Assembly: GCA_002269645.1 (NCBI GenBank)
Contig: NIVC01002001.1
Location: 1-64,000 of the forward strand
From: Macrostomum lignano
Lineage: Eukaryota
Direction: 5' to 3'
DNA length: 64,000 nucleotides
Shown here in pieces: positions 23,046 through 36,061 of the stretch. Under the pieces are notes generated by a model. That model was not told the DNA's origin. It worked only from the letters and a program-made list of their open reading frames with translations, and searched no databases. The translations under genes were made by a program, and so were the position numbers. The first letter of the stretch is position 1; every line of letters starts with the position of its first letter.

Positions 23046-23844
23046 GAGTCAGTAAGTTGACTCTTACCAGTCCTTATAGCAAAATCATTGCTAGGCCTTC
23101 AAAACCCCATTATACTACAGTTTAGAATACCTTGTATAAAATAATTTACGGAAAAAATTAAACACGAAAATCAAGCTTTATACAACGATTAATTTCGTCG
23201 GAAAGCTCAATAGCTCAATTGCATGTTTCACTATTGAAAAATACGCACATAATATTTTTAAAGATACACAAATCAGACCAGTTATTACACGCGAGCCAAT
23301 TAAACAAGGTCAAATTATGAACAGTTTCAACAAGATGAAGAAAATAGGTGATCATTTGAATTTTTTAAAGCATACATACGCTACACATACACGCATACGG
23401 ATGTGATGCAACGAAATTTAGTAAATTTCAGGCCACGGTATATATATATATATATATATTAAATACAAATTTCGGTTCCGTATATTATTAACATATTTCC
23501 TAATCGTCTGTTACGCACTTGAAGACAGAACTCGACAGGCTCAATGCAACAAACAAACAGACGAGTGCAGAAATTATAAATTAACAGATTAACAATGGCA
23601 ATTTATTTTAAAAAAGTCAAGCAAATAACAGTATTTTTTGTTTAACAGCTTAAAAACCAGAAATAGACAAAACTACGCGTAAGTACTGTAAGCTGTAAGC
23701 TTTACCTTGAAGCCAAGAGTCTAAGCATACACAGGTGTGTAGCTTGCGTATGAAGCATAAATTAACAAATTATGGAATTAATGATGATAATAAAATAAAT
23801 GTCTACTAAGCCTGGCGATAGCTTGGGCCTTGCTCATACAAGCG

Positions 23845-25370
23845 TCACCACATCTGTTGATGAGGCTGCGGCTGAGGAGGCGGAGGCAGAAGAACCTGCT
23901 GCTGCTGCTGTTGTTGCTGCTGCTGCTGTTGCGGCAAGAACTGAGATGGCAGAGGAAGTGAATGATGATGGAACATCGGCTGCTGAGGCTGCTGTTGATG
24001 CTGTTGGTACTGCTGATAATTTGCTAGATTATTATTATTAATGGGCAACAGGGGCGGCCCCTGCGACTGCATTGGAGGCAAATATGGCTGCTGCTGCTGC
24101 TGCATCATGGACTGCGGAGGTGGAAGATAACTAAACTGTTGTTGCTGCTGTTGCTGCTGCTGTTGCTGAGGAATCAGACCTAAAGTTGATCCGGCTAATG
24201 GAGGCCTAAGACTAAATGATGTCGGCTGTTGTTGCTGCTGCTGCGGCTGTTGTGGTGGCGGCGGCAAACTGCCGCCCATAAGACCCAGCAAGACTGGTTG
24301 CGACGGGGTTGGCTGTGCCGATTCAACAGATTTCTTCCCACCGTACAGACTGTTCCTAGCCAGCGAAGCCAACCAATCGGCAGATTTCTCCACATAGTCG
24401 TCATCGTCTGATGAGTCGTTTGAGCTAGACGAGGACGAGCCTTTTCGAGCTCTGGGTCCGTCGGGTGCCGAGGCGACTGTCGATGCGGCAGAGACAGCAG
24501 CAGCAGCAGCAGCAGCAGCAGCTGTACCCGTAGTAACCGCTGCTGCAGACGACGATGGCAAAGAGCTGTAGGCGTCAAACACGGTTGACGCGCCGCCGCT
24601 CAGCTGGTCGGTCATGGCCAAACCCAGCACACTGTCGGGTGTCGGTAAAACGACCGGCTGATCGTCGCGGCGACGTCGCTTAGACTCGCTTGCCCTCTCT
24701 CTGTCCCGTGTGTCTTTCTCTTGTTCGCGACGCTTTAATTTCTTGCGCTCCTTCTCTTTAATCTTGTCTTTCTTCTCCTTCTCCTTAGCCTTGGCTCGCT
24801 CTTTGTCTTTGTTACGCTTCTCGCGGTCTTTGTCTTCGTGTTTGCTCTGCTTTTTAGCTTTCTTATGCTGTTTAGTGACTTGAATGATTGTGTCTTTGCC
24901 TGGCAGGTGGATAGCCCCCATTAGCTTCTGCTGCTGCTGCTGTTGCTCTTTCTCTTTGCGCTCCCGTTCTTTCCTATCGCGTTTCTTTTCTTTCTTCTCT
25001 TTCTTCTCTTTCTTGTCCTTATGCAGATGCCGATGCCGCTTCTCCTTGTGCTCCGGCTGCTGCTGAGTAGCTGACGCCACCGCCGCTGCACCAGCTGAAG
25101 ACGAGAGCAAGCCTAACCGAGCCGCACTACTACTACTAGTAGCATTCGAAGGTCCCGCAGCGTAGCCTACAGCTTTTTGACTGCCAACAAATTCCTGTAT
25201 CTGGGACACCAGATTGCGCATCTGGGCTACGGGATCCGGCGTGTCCTTGATGCGGTCAATGTCCAGCCTCAGGCCGGGAATGCTCGGGATGCGGAATGCG
25301 TCAGCTTGAGCCCGGCTAATGCCTAAGTTAATACCGGTCATTGAGCGAATCTGCTCCACTAAAGAGGTCA

Positions 25371-25410
<40 letters not shown>

Positions 25411-28400
25411 AGGCTGACCAGATGAAGAACTGGAAGTTGCGTCACTGCCAGCACTGTTGGCAACCGTGGCGCCGAATTTGATCAGATCGGCGTCGTCCTG
25501 TGGGAAAGAATGGGATTTTTTGTTGTGACTTGATTAAGAGTGGAGTTGATCTGTTTGTGGGATTAAACTCGTATCCTGTTTATGGGATTATCCTTTCTGT
25601 TTATGGGATTATCCTTTCTGTTTATGAGATTGTCCTTCCTTTTTATGGGATTATCCTTTCTGTTTATGGGATTATTCTTTCTGTTTATGGGATTATCTGA
25701 CCTTCCTGGTTATGGGATTATCCTTTCTGTTTATGGGATTACCTGACCTTCCTGGTTATGGGATTATCCTTCCTGTTTATGGGATTATCCTTCCTGTTTA
25801 TGGGATTGTCCTTCCTGTTTATGGGATTATCCTTCCTGTTTATGGAATTGTCCTTCCTGTTTATGGGATTATCCTTCCTTTTTATGGGATTACCTGACCT
25901 TCCTGGTTATGGGATTATCCTTCCTTTTTATGGGATTACCTGACCTTCCTGTTTATGGGATTATCCTTCCTGTTTATTGGATTATCCTTCCTGTTTATTG
26001 GATTATCCTTTCTGTTTATGGGATTATCCTTCCTGTTTATGGGATTATCCTTCCTGTTTATGGGATTATCCTTCCTTTTTATGGGATTACCTGACCTTCC
26101 TGTTTATGGGATTATCCTTCCTTTTTATGGGATTACCTGACCTTCCTGTTTATGGGATTATCCTTTCTGTTTATGGGATTATCCTTTCTGTTTATGAGAT
26201 TGTCCTTCCTGTTTATGGGATTATCCTTTCTGTTTATGAGATTGTCCTTCCTTTTTATGGGATTATCCTTTCTGTTTATGGGATTATTCTTCCTGTTTAT
26301 GGGATTATCCTTCCTGTTTATGGGATTATCCTTCCTTTTTATGGGATTGTCCTCCCTGTTTATGGGATTACCTGACCTTCCTGGTTATGGGATTATCCTT
26401 TCTGTTTATGGGATTACCTGACCTTCCTGGTTATGGGATTATCCTTCCTGTTTATGGGATTATCCTTCCTGTTTATGGGATTGTCCTTCCTGGTTATGGG
26501 ATTATCCTTCCTGTTTATGGGATTGTCCTCCCTGTTTATGAGATTATCTAATTGTTTATGGTTATATTCTACTTGCTTATGCCAATAGTCTACCTATTTA
26601 TGTCAATATTCTACCTGTTTATAAATTATTCTCCCAGTTTTCATGATTATTCTCTGATCGTGTGATAATCCTCCCAGTTTATGCATGGGATAATCTTCCT
26701 ATTTTATGCATGGGACAATCTTCCCAGTTTAGGCATGGGACAATCTTCCCAGTTTAGGCATGGGATAAAAAGCACACAGAGTGAGAGCTAAATCTTACCT
26801 CAACAATACCGGCAGCACGTTTCTTCCTCTTGATAGCCCAATCCGCCTCGCGACCAATGCTATCCAGCACCTCCTTTGTGGCCTCGCTAGTTGACAAAAC
26901 TTTTTGTTCTTTCAGTCGTTTAATAAACGCCTCGCGAGTAGCCGCAATATCGCCATTATCAACTTTAGAGCCAGAATTCTTGTCAATATTTGTCAAAGGC
27001 TCTCGATCGATCAGGATGGCATCCTCGAACACCACCCCGGGCTGCTCGGGCGGTCCGGCATTGTCCAGAGCTTCTCCCTCCTCAGGGTCGGACTCTTCGT
27101 CCGCAGCGCCGCCATCGGATAGTTCGACGGCATCGCCATCGATCTCGCCCTCCTCCAAGTCGACCCCGCCGCGGCCGCGATTCTGTTTGGCCGCCGCGTT
27201 CCTAGGCCGTTTAGAAGACTTCAGCGTGTACTTTACAACTGGAGCTGCCGGGGCGGCGGCTGCGGCTGACTTTGACTGCAACTGGCCCTGACTGCCCGAT
27301 TCGTCAGTTGTCTCAACTTCCACTTTTAAATTCATTTTCTTCCTGCCTTCCCAGTCTTCGACTCGTTGAGCGTAGACAGAATAGCGGCGGATTTTGACGC
27401 TGCGAGGACTGCGATCTTGAGACAGGATTGCGAACAGGTCCGGGTAGTGGGCTCGCTGCGGATAGGGATCATGGCGGTTGAAAGCCGAATAAATGTTGGG
27501 ATTCTTAGGTATGGGATTCTTAGATGTGGGATTCTTAGATGTGGGATTCTTAGATGTGGGATTCTTAGATATGGGATTCATAGATATGGGACTCTTAGAT
27601 ATGGGATTCTTAGATATGGGATTCTTAGATGTGGGATTCTTAGATATGGGATTCTTAGATATGGGATTCTTAGATATGGGATTCTTAAATATGGGATTCT
27701 TAGATTTGGGATTCTTAGATATGGGATTCTTAGATATGGGATTCTTAGATATGGGATTCTTAGATATGGGACTCTTAGATATGGGATTCTTAGATATGGG
27801 ACTCTTAGATATGGGATTCTTAGATGTGGGATTCTTAGATATGGGATTCTTAGATATGGGATTCTTAGATTTTGGGTTCTTAGATATGGGATTCTTAGAT
27901 ATGGGATTCTTAGATATGGGATTCTTAGATATGGGATTCTTAGATATGGGATTCTTAGATTTTGGGTTCTTAGATATGGGATTCTTAGATATGGGATTTT
28001 TAGATTTTGGGTTCTTAGATATGGGATTCTTAGATATGGGATTCTTAGATATGGGATTCTTGGATGTGGGATTCTTAGATATGGGATTCTTAGATTTTGG
28101 GTTCTTAGATATGGGATTCTTAGATATGGGAATCTAAATATGGGATTCTTAGATATGGGATTCTTAGATATGGGATTCTTGCATTTGGGATTCTTAGATA
28201 TGGGATTATTGCATTTGGGATTCTTAGATTTGGGATTTTAAGACTTAGGGTTCGTAGATTGGGTTCCGATTCTTAAAAGTGTTTATTTTTATGGGTTTCA
28301 AACAATTCTACCTGATGTTTTGAGATGAAGATAAGAGGGACTGGGAAAACATCGCTAAACTCACAAAGAACAGTCTCCGATGCCTGATACCCGTTGCATG

Positions 28401-31400
28401 GTTAATTAGCTCAGCCACGGGGAAGTTCAAGTTGCACAGTTCGCAGTAGCAGCGGCACTCCAGCATGGGATTGATGCGCTGGTACTCCGTCACGTATTGC
28501 AATCCGAGCAGCGGCTCTAAGCAGCTGTTGAGCAGAGTTTGAGCACGGAGTGTCGGCTTGGCGCCGCGACCGCCAGAAGACTTTTGCTTCTGCTGCTGCT
28601 GCTTGGCCGCCGCCGCTGCCTGCTCCGCCTTGAGCTTGGCCTCCGCCTCCGCCTTCTGAGCAGCCTCAGCTTCGGCTTTCTTGGCCTGCTCGGCTGCCTC
28701 CGCGGCGTCCTTCTCGCGCTGAGCGGCTGCGGGTTGCCATGGCGATTTGCGACTGACTATAGATGAGGATCTGGGAGGCTGGCACAGCAACTGAGGATCC
28801 TGGGAGGCTGGCCCAGAAACTGAGGATCTGGGATGCTGGCCCAGCAACTGAGGATCTGGGATGCTGGCCCAGCAACTGAGGATCCTGGGAGGCTGGCCCA
28901 GAAACTGAGGATCTGGAAGGCTGGCCCTGCAACTGAGGATCTGGGATGCTGGCCCTGCAACTGAGGATCTAGAAGGCTGGCCCAGCAACTGAGGATCTGG
29001 GATGCTGGCCCAGCAACTGAGGATCTGGGAGGCTGGCACAGAAACTGAGGATCTGGGAGGCTGGCCCAGAAACTGAGGATCTGGGAGGCTGGCCCAGAAA
29101 CTGAGGATCTGGGAGGCTGGCACAGAAACTGAGGATCTGGGAGGCTGGCACAGAAACTGAGGATCTGGGAGGCTGGCCCAGAGGCCGAGGATCTGGGAGG
29201 CTGGACCAGAAACTGAGGATCTGGGAGGCTGGCGCAGAGGCCGAGGATCTGGGAGGCTGGACCAGAAGCCGAGGATCTGGGAGGCTGGCGCAGAGGCCGA
29301 GGATCTGGGAGGCTGGCGCAGAAGCCGAGGATCTGGGAGGCTGGCGCAGAAGCCGAGGATCTGGGAGGCTGGCGCAGAGGCCGAGGATCTGGGAGGCTGG
29401 ACCAGAAGCCGAGGATCTGGGAGGCTGGCGCAGAAGCCGAGGATCTGGGAGGCTGGCCCAGAAGCCGAGGATCAGATAATATTCTATCCCCCAGAAGCAC
29501 CAAACTGGCACAAATCAACTCACCCTCCAACTCTTTCACGCGCTCTTCAATCAGCTTTTTATGCTTATCGCCGTTCACGTGAAAGTCGAGCGATTTCTGC
29601 GAGTTGCACTTGACGTTGCACAGCTGAAAAAACCGAAAACCGAAAATAAGTGCTAGTGCTTAGTCTCTATAGCAATCAAACTATCGAGCAATAAAAAATC
29701 ACTCACGAGACATTCGAATATGCCGCCCAAACCGGATCGTTTGATAGCGCCAACCTGCGCGTCAACCCACATCTGGTGCTTGGCCTGCGCGCTGGCCTGA
29801 AATCGGGGTTCGGTGTTAAAGAGCATTTTTAAGAGCAAGTACACTTCCGGTGAGGAGTATTACTGAGCTACTACACTTCCGGTGTGGAATATTAATAAGC
29901 TACTACACTTCCGGTGTGGAATATCAAAAAGCTACTGCACTTCCGGTGTGGAATATGAAAAAGCTACTGCACTTCCGGTGTGGAATATCAATAAACTACT
30001 ACACTTCCGGTGTGGAATATCAATAAGCTACTACACTTCCGGTGTGGAATATCAATAAGCTACTAAACTTCCGGTGTGGAATATTAAAAAGCTACTGCAC
30101 TTTCGGTGTGGAATATCAAAAAGCTACTGCACTTCCGGTGTGGAATATCAAAAAGCTACTGCACTTCCGGTGTGGAATATCAATAGGCTACTACACTTCC
30201 GGTGTGGAATATCAAAAAGCTACTGCACTTCCGGTGTGGAATATCAAAAAGCTACTACACTTCCGGTGTGGAATATCAATAGGCTACTACACTTCCGGTG
30301 TGGAATATCAATAAGCTACTACACTTCCGGTGTGGAATATCAATAGGCTACTACACTTCCGGTGTGGAATATCAATAGGCTACTACACTTCCGGTGTGGA
30401 ATATCAAAAAGCTACTGCACTTTCGGTGTGGAATATCAAAAAGCTACTACACTTCCGGTGTGGAATATCAATAGGCTACTACACTTCCGGTGTGGAATAT
30501 CAATAGGCTACTACACTTCCGGTGTGGAATATTACACTTCTGGTCTGGGATAATCAAATTCCCCAGAACTCACAATCTCACAGATAATTATTAAATAAGA
30601 AAAATCACCTCTGCCTTAACGGCCACCTCCTGGCGAGCCCGCTCCTCCCGAAACATGTGCGGCTTCTTGCTGGCAGCCCGGTCCAGCGCGTTCTTCATGT
30701 GAGTGATGCCGCGCAGGTGCGCCAAGTAGCCGCGCTCGGATCGAAACTCCTGATTGCACAGCTTGCAAAATGACCAGTCGTCGTCATCATCGTCTTCATC
30801 TTCATCATCATCATCATTGTCGCCGTCATCCTCAGAGTCTGCTTTCCTATCCTTAGCTTTATGCTGCTGAGCCTCCTGCTCATTATTATTGTCCAATGCG
30901 TCTAATTCAACTAAATCGGCCTCATCGCCAATGCCCAGGTCCACTTTCTCATTGTTATCGTCGTCAAATAGTCGCTCCGGCGGCGGCGGCGGCGCCGGCT
31001 GAGCGGCCAATTCCAGTATCGACGGCGGCCCGTCGCCGGCCCCGCTAGCCGAGGTCAGCCGACCCCCGGTCAGATCGGCCAGATGATCGGCAGCCTTGCC
31101 CCCAGTATAATATCGATACATATCGTCCCAATTGATGCCGTGCTGTTTAGATTGGGCAATAAACACTTCGTACCAAGCGGGATTGTGCCGCTGCATAACC
31201 GTGATGTACTGATTCCAGGTGGCATAGTTCCATTCGCCATTGGCGAACCGTTCGAAATAGTCTTGCATGACCAGGCGCGGGTCGCCGGCCGGGTCCATGT
31301 AGCCTGGCGGCGGAGTCGGTTTTGCATCGGCGTCTTCATCGGCATTGTCGCCAGCGCCTCCCGTCGAGTCGGTAGCGCCTCCCTTCTCAGTGGGACCGGA

Positions 31401-33446
31401 AGCCGGAGCGGCCAGCAACAATTTCCGATGCTGCCGTTTGGCCGCCTTAGCGTCTTGCAAAGCTTTGGCGCGCTTTCGAAGCTTCTTGCGCTGATTTCTA
31501 GACAAGCCCTGCAGGGTGAGGCCGCCTGCGATGCCGCTGTCCGACTCGCCGCCGGAATCGGCGCCACCGCCGGCGCCACCACTGGGCGCCTCCGACTGCA
31601 GAGTGGCCGCGAACGACACCGACAAGCGTTCAGCCTCAGCAGCTGGGACGCCAACCAGCATGCGCTGGAAATTAGCCACCATCTGGTTGCTATAGAGCTT
31701 GTAATAAGAGGCCGTATCGGAATTGGCCGGCAGAGTGGCCGCAAATTTATTCCAAGAATCCGGATCGGACAGATCCATCCGGCTCAGTGCGCTGACGGCG
31801 GCGGCCGCGGCGGCGCCTAGCGCGCTAGCGGTTGTCATGGACGCTGTAGTACTATTAGTTGTTGTCAAGGCAGCCGTAGATGTAGTAGAGTAGGCTTCAA
31901 CTAATAAACTGTCGCTCAATAATTGTTCGGCATTATTTGTTAAGCTTCTGGTCGGCGGCGGTTCAGCGTGAGCGGCCAGCTGTTTCTCTTTCAGTGCCTG
32001 CTGCTCGGCCAGCCGCTTGTCTCGCCGTTCAACTGCTTTAGCGCGTCTCTTCTCTAAATCTGCTTTCGTATCCTCATAGTGCTGGCTCATCTGGCGCATA
32101 TAGGCGGCGAATTTCTCGTATTCGTCGTACAGTTTTCTATATTCTGTCTCGTGAATCTTTTTACTGTCTTCTGTCTGCTGCGAGCTGGCGTAGTGCTCGT
32201 GCATCTGCTGGGCGCAGCTTTGGAAATATTCGTTCATGTCGGACTCGTAGGATTTGATATTGGCTAGCCAGGAGGCCAGCTGCTCAAGGAACAGCTCGGC
32301 CTGTTTCACCTCGGCGTCCTCGTCTGTCTGTTGATCTCGGTCAGCCGCTGCTGTCTCCAATGACGGCGGCGGAGGTTCGTCGAGAAGTACGCGACGTTGA
32401 CCGCCAGTCGGCATAGAGGCTGGCGGAGGCGGCGGCGGAGGCTGCGGCGGCTGCTGCTGTTCATTCAACATCGAACCGGGTGTTGCAGGCGGCGGCGGAG
32501 TGGGAGGCCGCGGCAGGCTGGACAGCTGACTGGGCAGCGGCAGGCTTCGGCGGGTCTGCTCGGACACTGGCCGATCGCCTAGCAGGGGGCCGCGAGGCGG
32601 CTGCGCAAGCGTCGAGACTGCCGGCGGCGGCGGCAGAGACGGCGGCTGTCCGGGAGCAGCGGCAGCAGCAGACAGAGGCGGCGGTGGCCGCATCAAGTTT
32701 GGCATTGAGATGAGAGACGACTGGCTCTGCTCAAATCCGGGCGGCGGTTTACTAAAATCGAATACAAATTTGCCAGCAGCTGATGATGAGGGCGGCAGCG
32801 GCGGTGTTGGCGGAGTTCGCGGACGACCAGTCGCTGATGATGCCGACGCTGACGGCGGAGCAGCTGGCGGAGTCGGCGGAGTTCGAGGCCTAGAAGCAGC
32901 AGCAGCAGCAGTCGCAGGGGGAGCACTGAGCACGTAGCCTTGACCAAGAGCCAGGTCCGCAGGATTAGGCAGCAGCGGCCTACCGAAGCACCCGGAGGCT
33001 TGGCCCGATGCCGACGAGGTGGGGGCGGCGGGGGCGGCGGTAGCGGCTGGCACAGTGCCAAGATTGATTTTAATCTGACGCTTCTGCAACGGATTATAAG
33101 TTGTTGGCGTCTCAAATGCCGTACTGAGGATGGTCTGCTCGGCGGCTTCAGCGTGGAGGCGGGACAGTCCGCCTGCGGCACTAGGCTCGGCCGCCGAGGA
33201 AGCCATTGTGGCAGATCTGCGCAAATCGCGCTCAGTGAAGATGTTCGACTCAACCAGATCTTCCGGTTCTTCATCGTCTGAGAGGATGCCGAAGGCGGGC
33301 GGCGCTTCATCATCGGAGGCTGCGGCAGCATCGGCGGCGGATTCAATGGCGGCGGATTCTGCGGCAGAATGGTCAGTCTGTTTCGGCATGAAGTTGAATT
33401 TCGGAGCGGGCCGGCGGGCCCCTTCGTATGTTTTCTTTGTAGCCAT
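23845..33446 (-). CDS. Large nuclear protein (about 1909 aa) with three U1/matrin-type C2H2 zinc fingers, Pro-rich and Lys/Glu/Arg-rich regions
   Basis: Exons 33446-30609, 29796-29707, 29623-29524, 28756-28365, 27455-26799 and 25497-23845 are all GT-AG and phase-consistent. Fingers: [73 protein letters not shown]. Confidence 0.85.
25575..26560. repeat. 21-bp minisatellite (TTATGGGATTATCCTTCCTGT)n with periodic ACCTGACCTTCC inserts
   Basis: Direct; intron 26798-25498. Confidence 0.95.
27495..28240. repeat. 15-bp minisatellite (ATGGGATTCTTAGAT)n
   Basis: Direct; intron 28364-27456. Confidence 0.97.
28765..29475. repeat. 28-bp minisatellite family (GGCTGGCCCAG(C/A)AACTGAGGATCTGGGA)n
   Basis: Direct; intron 29523-28757; same family as 16556-17255. 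Confidence 0.95.
29845..30540. repeat. 32-bp minisatellite (ACTTCCGGTGTGGAATATCAATAAGCTACTAC)n containing an ETS-type core
   Basis: Direct, about 21 copies; intron 30608-29797. Confidence 0.97.
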
Positions 33447-35392
33447 TGAGAAAGCTTATTGACAGGAAGAGCATGCAATAAATTGAGAAATTTTTGGCTT
33501 TTTACTGAAAGTAGTATCATGGGAATTTTGAATTTCTTGTGCAAGAAAAGTTCGCACATAATAAGAAATTACCTGCATAAAAAAGATTATCACTACAAGT
33601 GGTGATTAATGAATTTTATTTACTTCCCAAGTTATACAGCAGCTTTGAAGACCATGATTGATAATACTATTGTTTATGACGTAATTACTACTTTTGTTTT
33701 TTGTCCTTAGTTTTGTTTCAAATTTGCACTAATAATGATATTTACACCATTTTTCTATTAAAAAATAGTTTTCTTTAGACAGATGTCTACAATTGTAAAG
33801 CTGCTTGTCAAAAGATTTGCTTTGAAATTACAAAAAATCAACTTTAGTTTTTTTTAAATCTTCTTAAAATAAAGAACAATATTTACAATTTGAAAATTTT
33901 AATTGTTTAGTTTTACACCCAAACTTACACCCAACAATGCACTTTGATAACAATTAAATGATTTACCATATAAGCAATAAATGAATTTATGAAATTAAGA
34001 TAATATAACTGCTAGACTTAAATATAAAACCAAAACCTCTTCCCAGCAATCTTATTCTAATAATCTGGTCTTAATCCCAACAAATTCTAAGAATCTAAGT
34101 CTTAACTTTATTTTATCCCATTTACATTTTTATCTAGTAATACATAATACAATGATATTAAGACAAAAACCAAATAAAAAGTAATGTGAATTTATAATAC
34201 ATATATACCATAGTCTACAAATTCCAAATGGATACCAAAGTAGCCATTATGCCAAAAAAATTCTGGCAGACCTTTGCCTCTTACTAAGAATCTTGGTGTA
34301 CACTTGGCATATAGACTTTTAGGTCCAATATTAATATATACCATTGTATAAAAAAACTGCCAAGTTTAGGTTCAATATATATATACCATGGTATAGCCAA
34401 ATTTCAATAAAAAGCTAGCATATAAGCAACTTCATACTTAGCATATTTATTTATTTATATTGCTATAGAAAAAACTATAAATATTTAACTACCATTAAAT
34501 TTTAGAAACTTGCTAACTAAAAATATTATTCCAGCTTAATTAATATAAGGGGTATCCCAAAAGTAATGTTAATTTTGATTGTAGCTCTTGTTCTATAGCT
34601 TCCTGTGATTTGAAATTTTATGAACTTGTGCAGGGCCCCTCCTGATTCTTTTATAAAATTAATAATCATATAACTCATTTGAATGCATGCCAAATCTAGG
34701 AAAACACATTTGTTATAATACACATATTTTTCATAATATTTTACACTAACTAATTTTTGTTTAAACTAGCAGTAAATTTTAGTATAGGCCTGGTAAATAC
34801 TCATAGAAGCGTTTTCGGCATAGGAGACCAACCTCACGCACCGCGGTTCACTAACAAAATAGTTGATAACAAATAGTAAGAGTTCCGAGAAAATAAGAAT
34901 TGAAGAAGTGTTTTCTGTGTTAATTCCTTTTAAGAAGTAAGAGTGAAATAGACTGAAGTGTATACAGTACATATTATTAAAAAGCAGCAGTATTGAGTAG
35001 TAAGAGAATACGAAGCAGATCTGAAGTGATACATGTAAGAATAACCAGAGGCTGTGACCCTCTGATCTCGGTAACGCCCAAGGACTTGCAAAGTACATGG
35101 AATACATATACTAGTATAGCCAATAGACCACTCAGGCCAAAAGTACAGTAAACGCTACCAGAATCAGAATAATACTCAGACTAAATACTCAGACTAAATA
35201 CAAAGATATATACTCAGATCAATTCTAAGAAACGTTTCTTGGATTATTCTAAGATAGATAAACTCATAATTTATTAATAGAATAGTCTTGGTGGCAGCTA
35301 CCAACATTTATAAAAACAGGAGTTTAGCCCTTTGACAACTTAGTGACAGCTGTGGAATCATTTAAAGAGACAGAAGAATCAGCCCTTTGACA

Positions 35393-36061
35393 AACTGATA
35401 GCAGCAAATTTTTTCTAAAGATTGCTTTTTGAATTTTTAAAATTGATACCAGAGAACAAAAGTTATACCTACAAAAGTAACAGTACCTGTATCATAGAGT
35501 TACATAAACTATATTAAAATTTATAATGGTCAACTACTTCACTCATTCATAAAGAAGGCATTGATAAAAGTCTTGTTTAAGCAATACCAAGGCCCAATTG
35601 GAAAATGAAGCTCATTGCGATTGACTGAAATTTGTCTATGGACAGGATCATGTGCAGAAAAATAAAGCATTAAATTCATTACTTTACTTGCAAACAGAGA
35701 AGCTTGCAGTTTGCAATTTGTTCATGATTTCATTGCCCATACTCAACAACACACATGGATATGCACTCAGTTGTTGCTTAGCAAAGTGCCATCTTTACTA
35801 TTTGGGGTGCTAGCCATAATGCCTCAGAAATTCACACAAAACTGCTCTGCACACGGATCCTTTGTGGTCAGCAAAATGACAGTTTATTGATGCCTTCTTA
35901 ATGAATAAGTGCAGAAGTTGACTATTATATATTTCAATATATTTTGTGTAACTCTATGGTACAGGTTAAACTGTTAAACTTTTGTGGGTATAACTTTTGT
36001 TCTCTGGTATCAATTTTTTAAATTCAAAAAGCAGTTAGTAAGAGATTTGCTGCTATCAGTT
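35393..36061. mobile_element. Element bounded by ~128-bp imperfect inverted repeats (putative non-autonomous DNA transposon or fold-back)
   Basis: Left arm 35393-35520 (AACTGATAGCAGCAAAT...TTGATACCAGAGAACAAAAGTTATACC...CATAGAGTTACA) is the reverse complement of right arm ~35933-36061 with scattered mismatches; no TSD identified. Confidence 0.7.
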
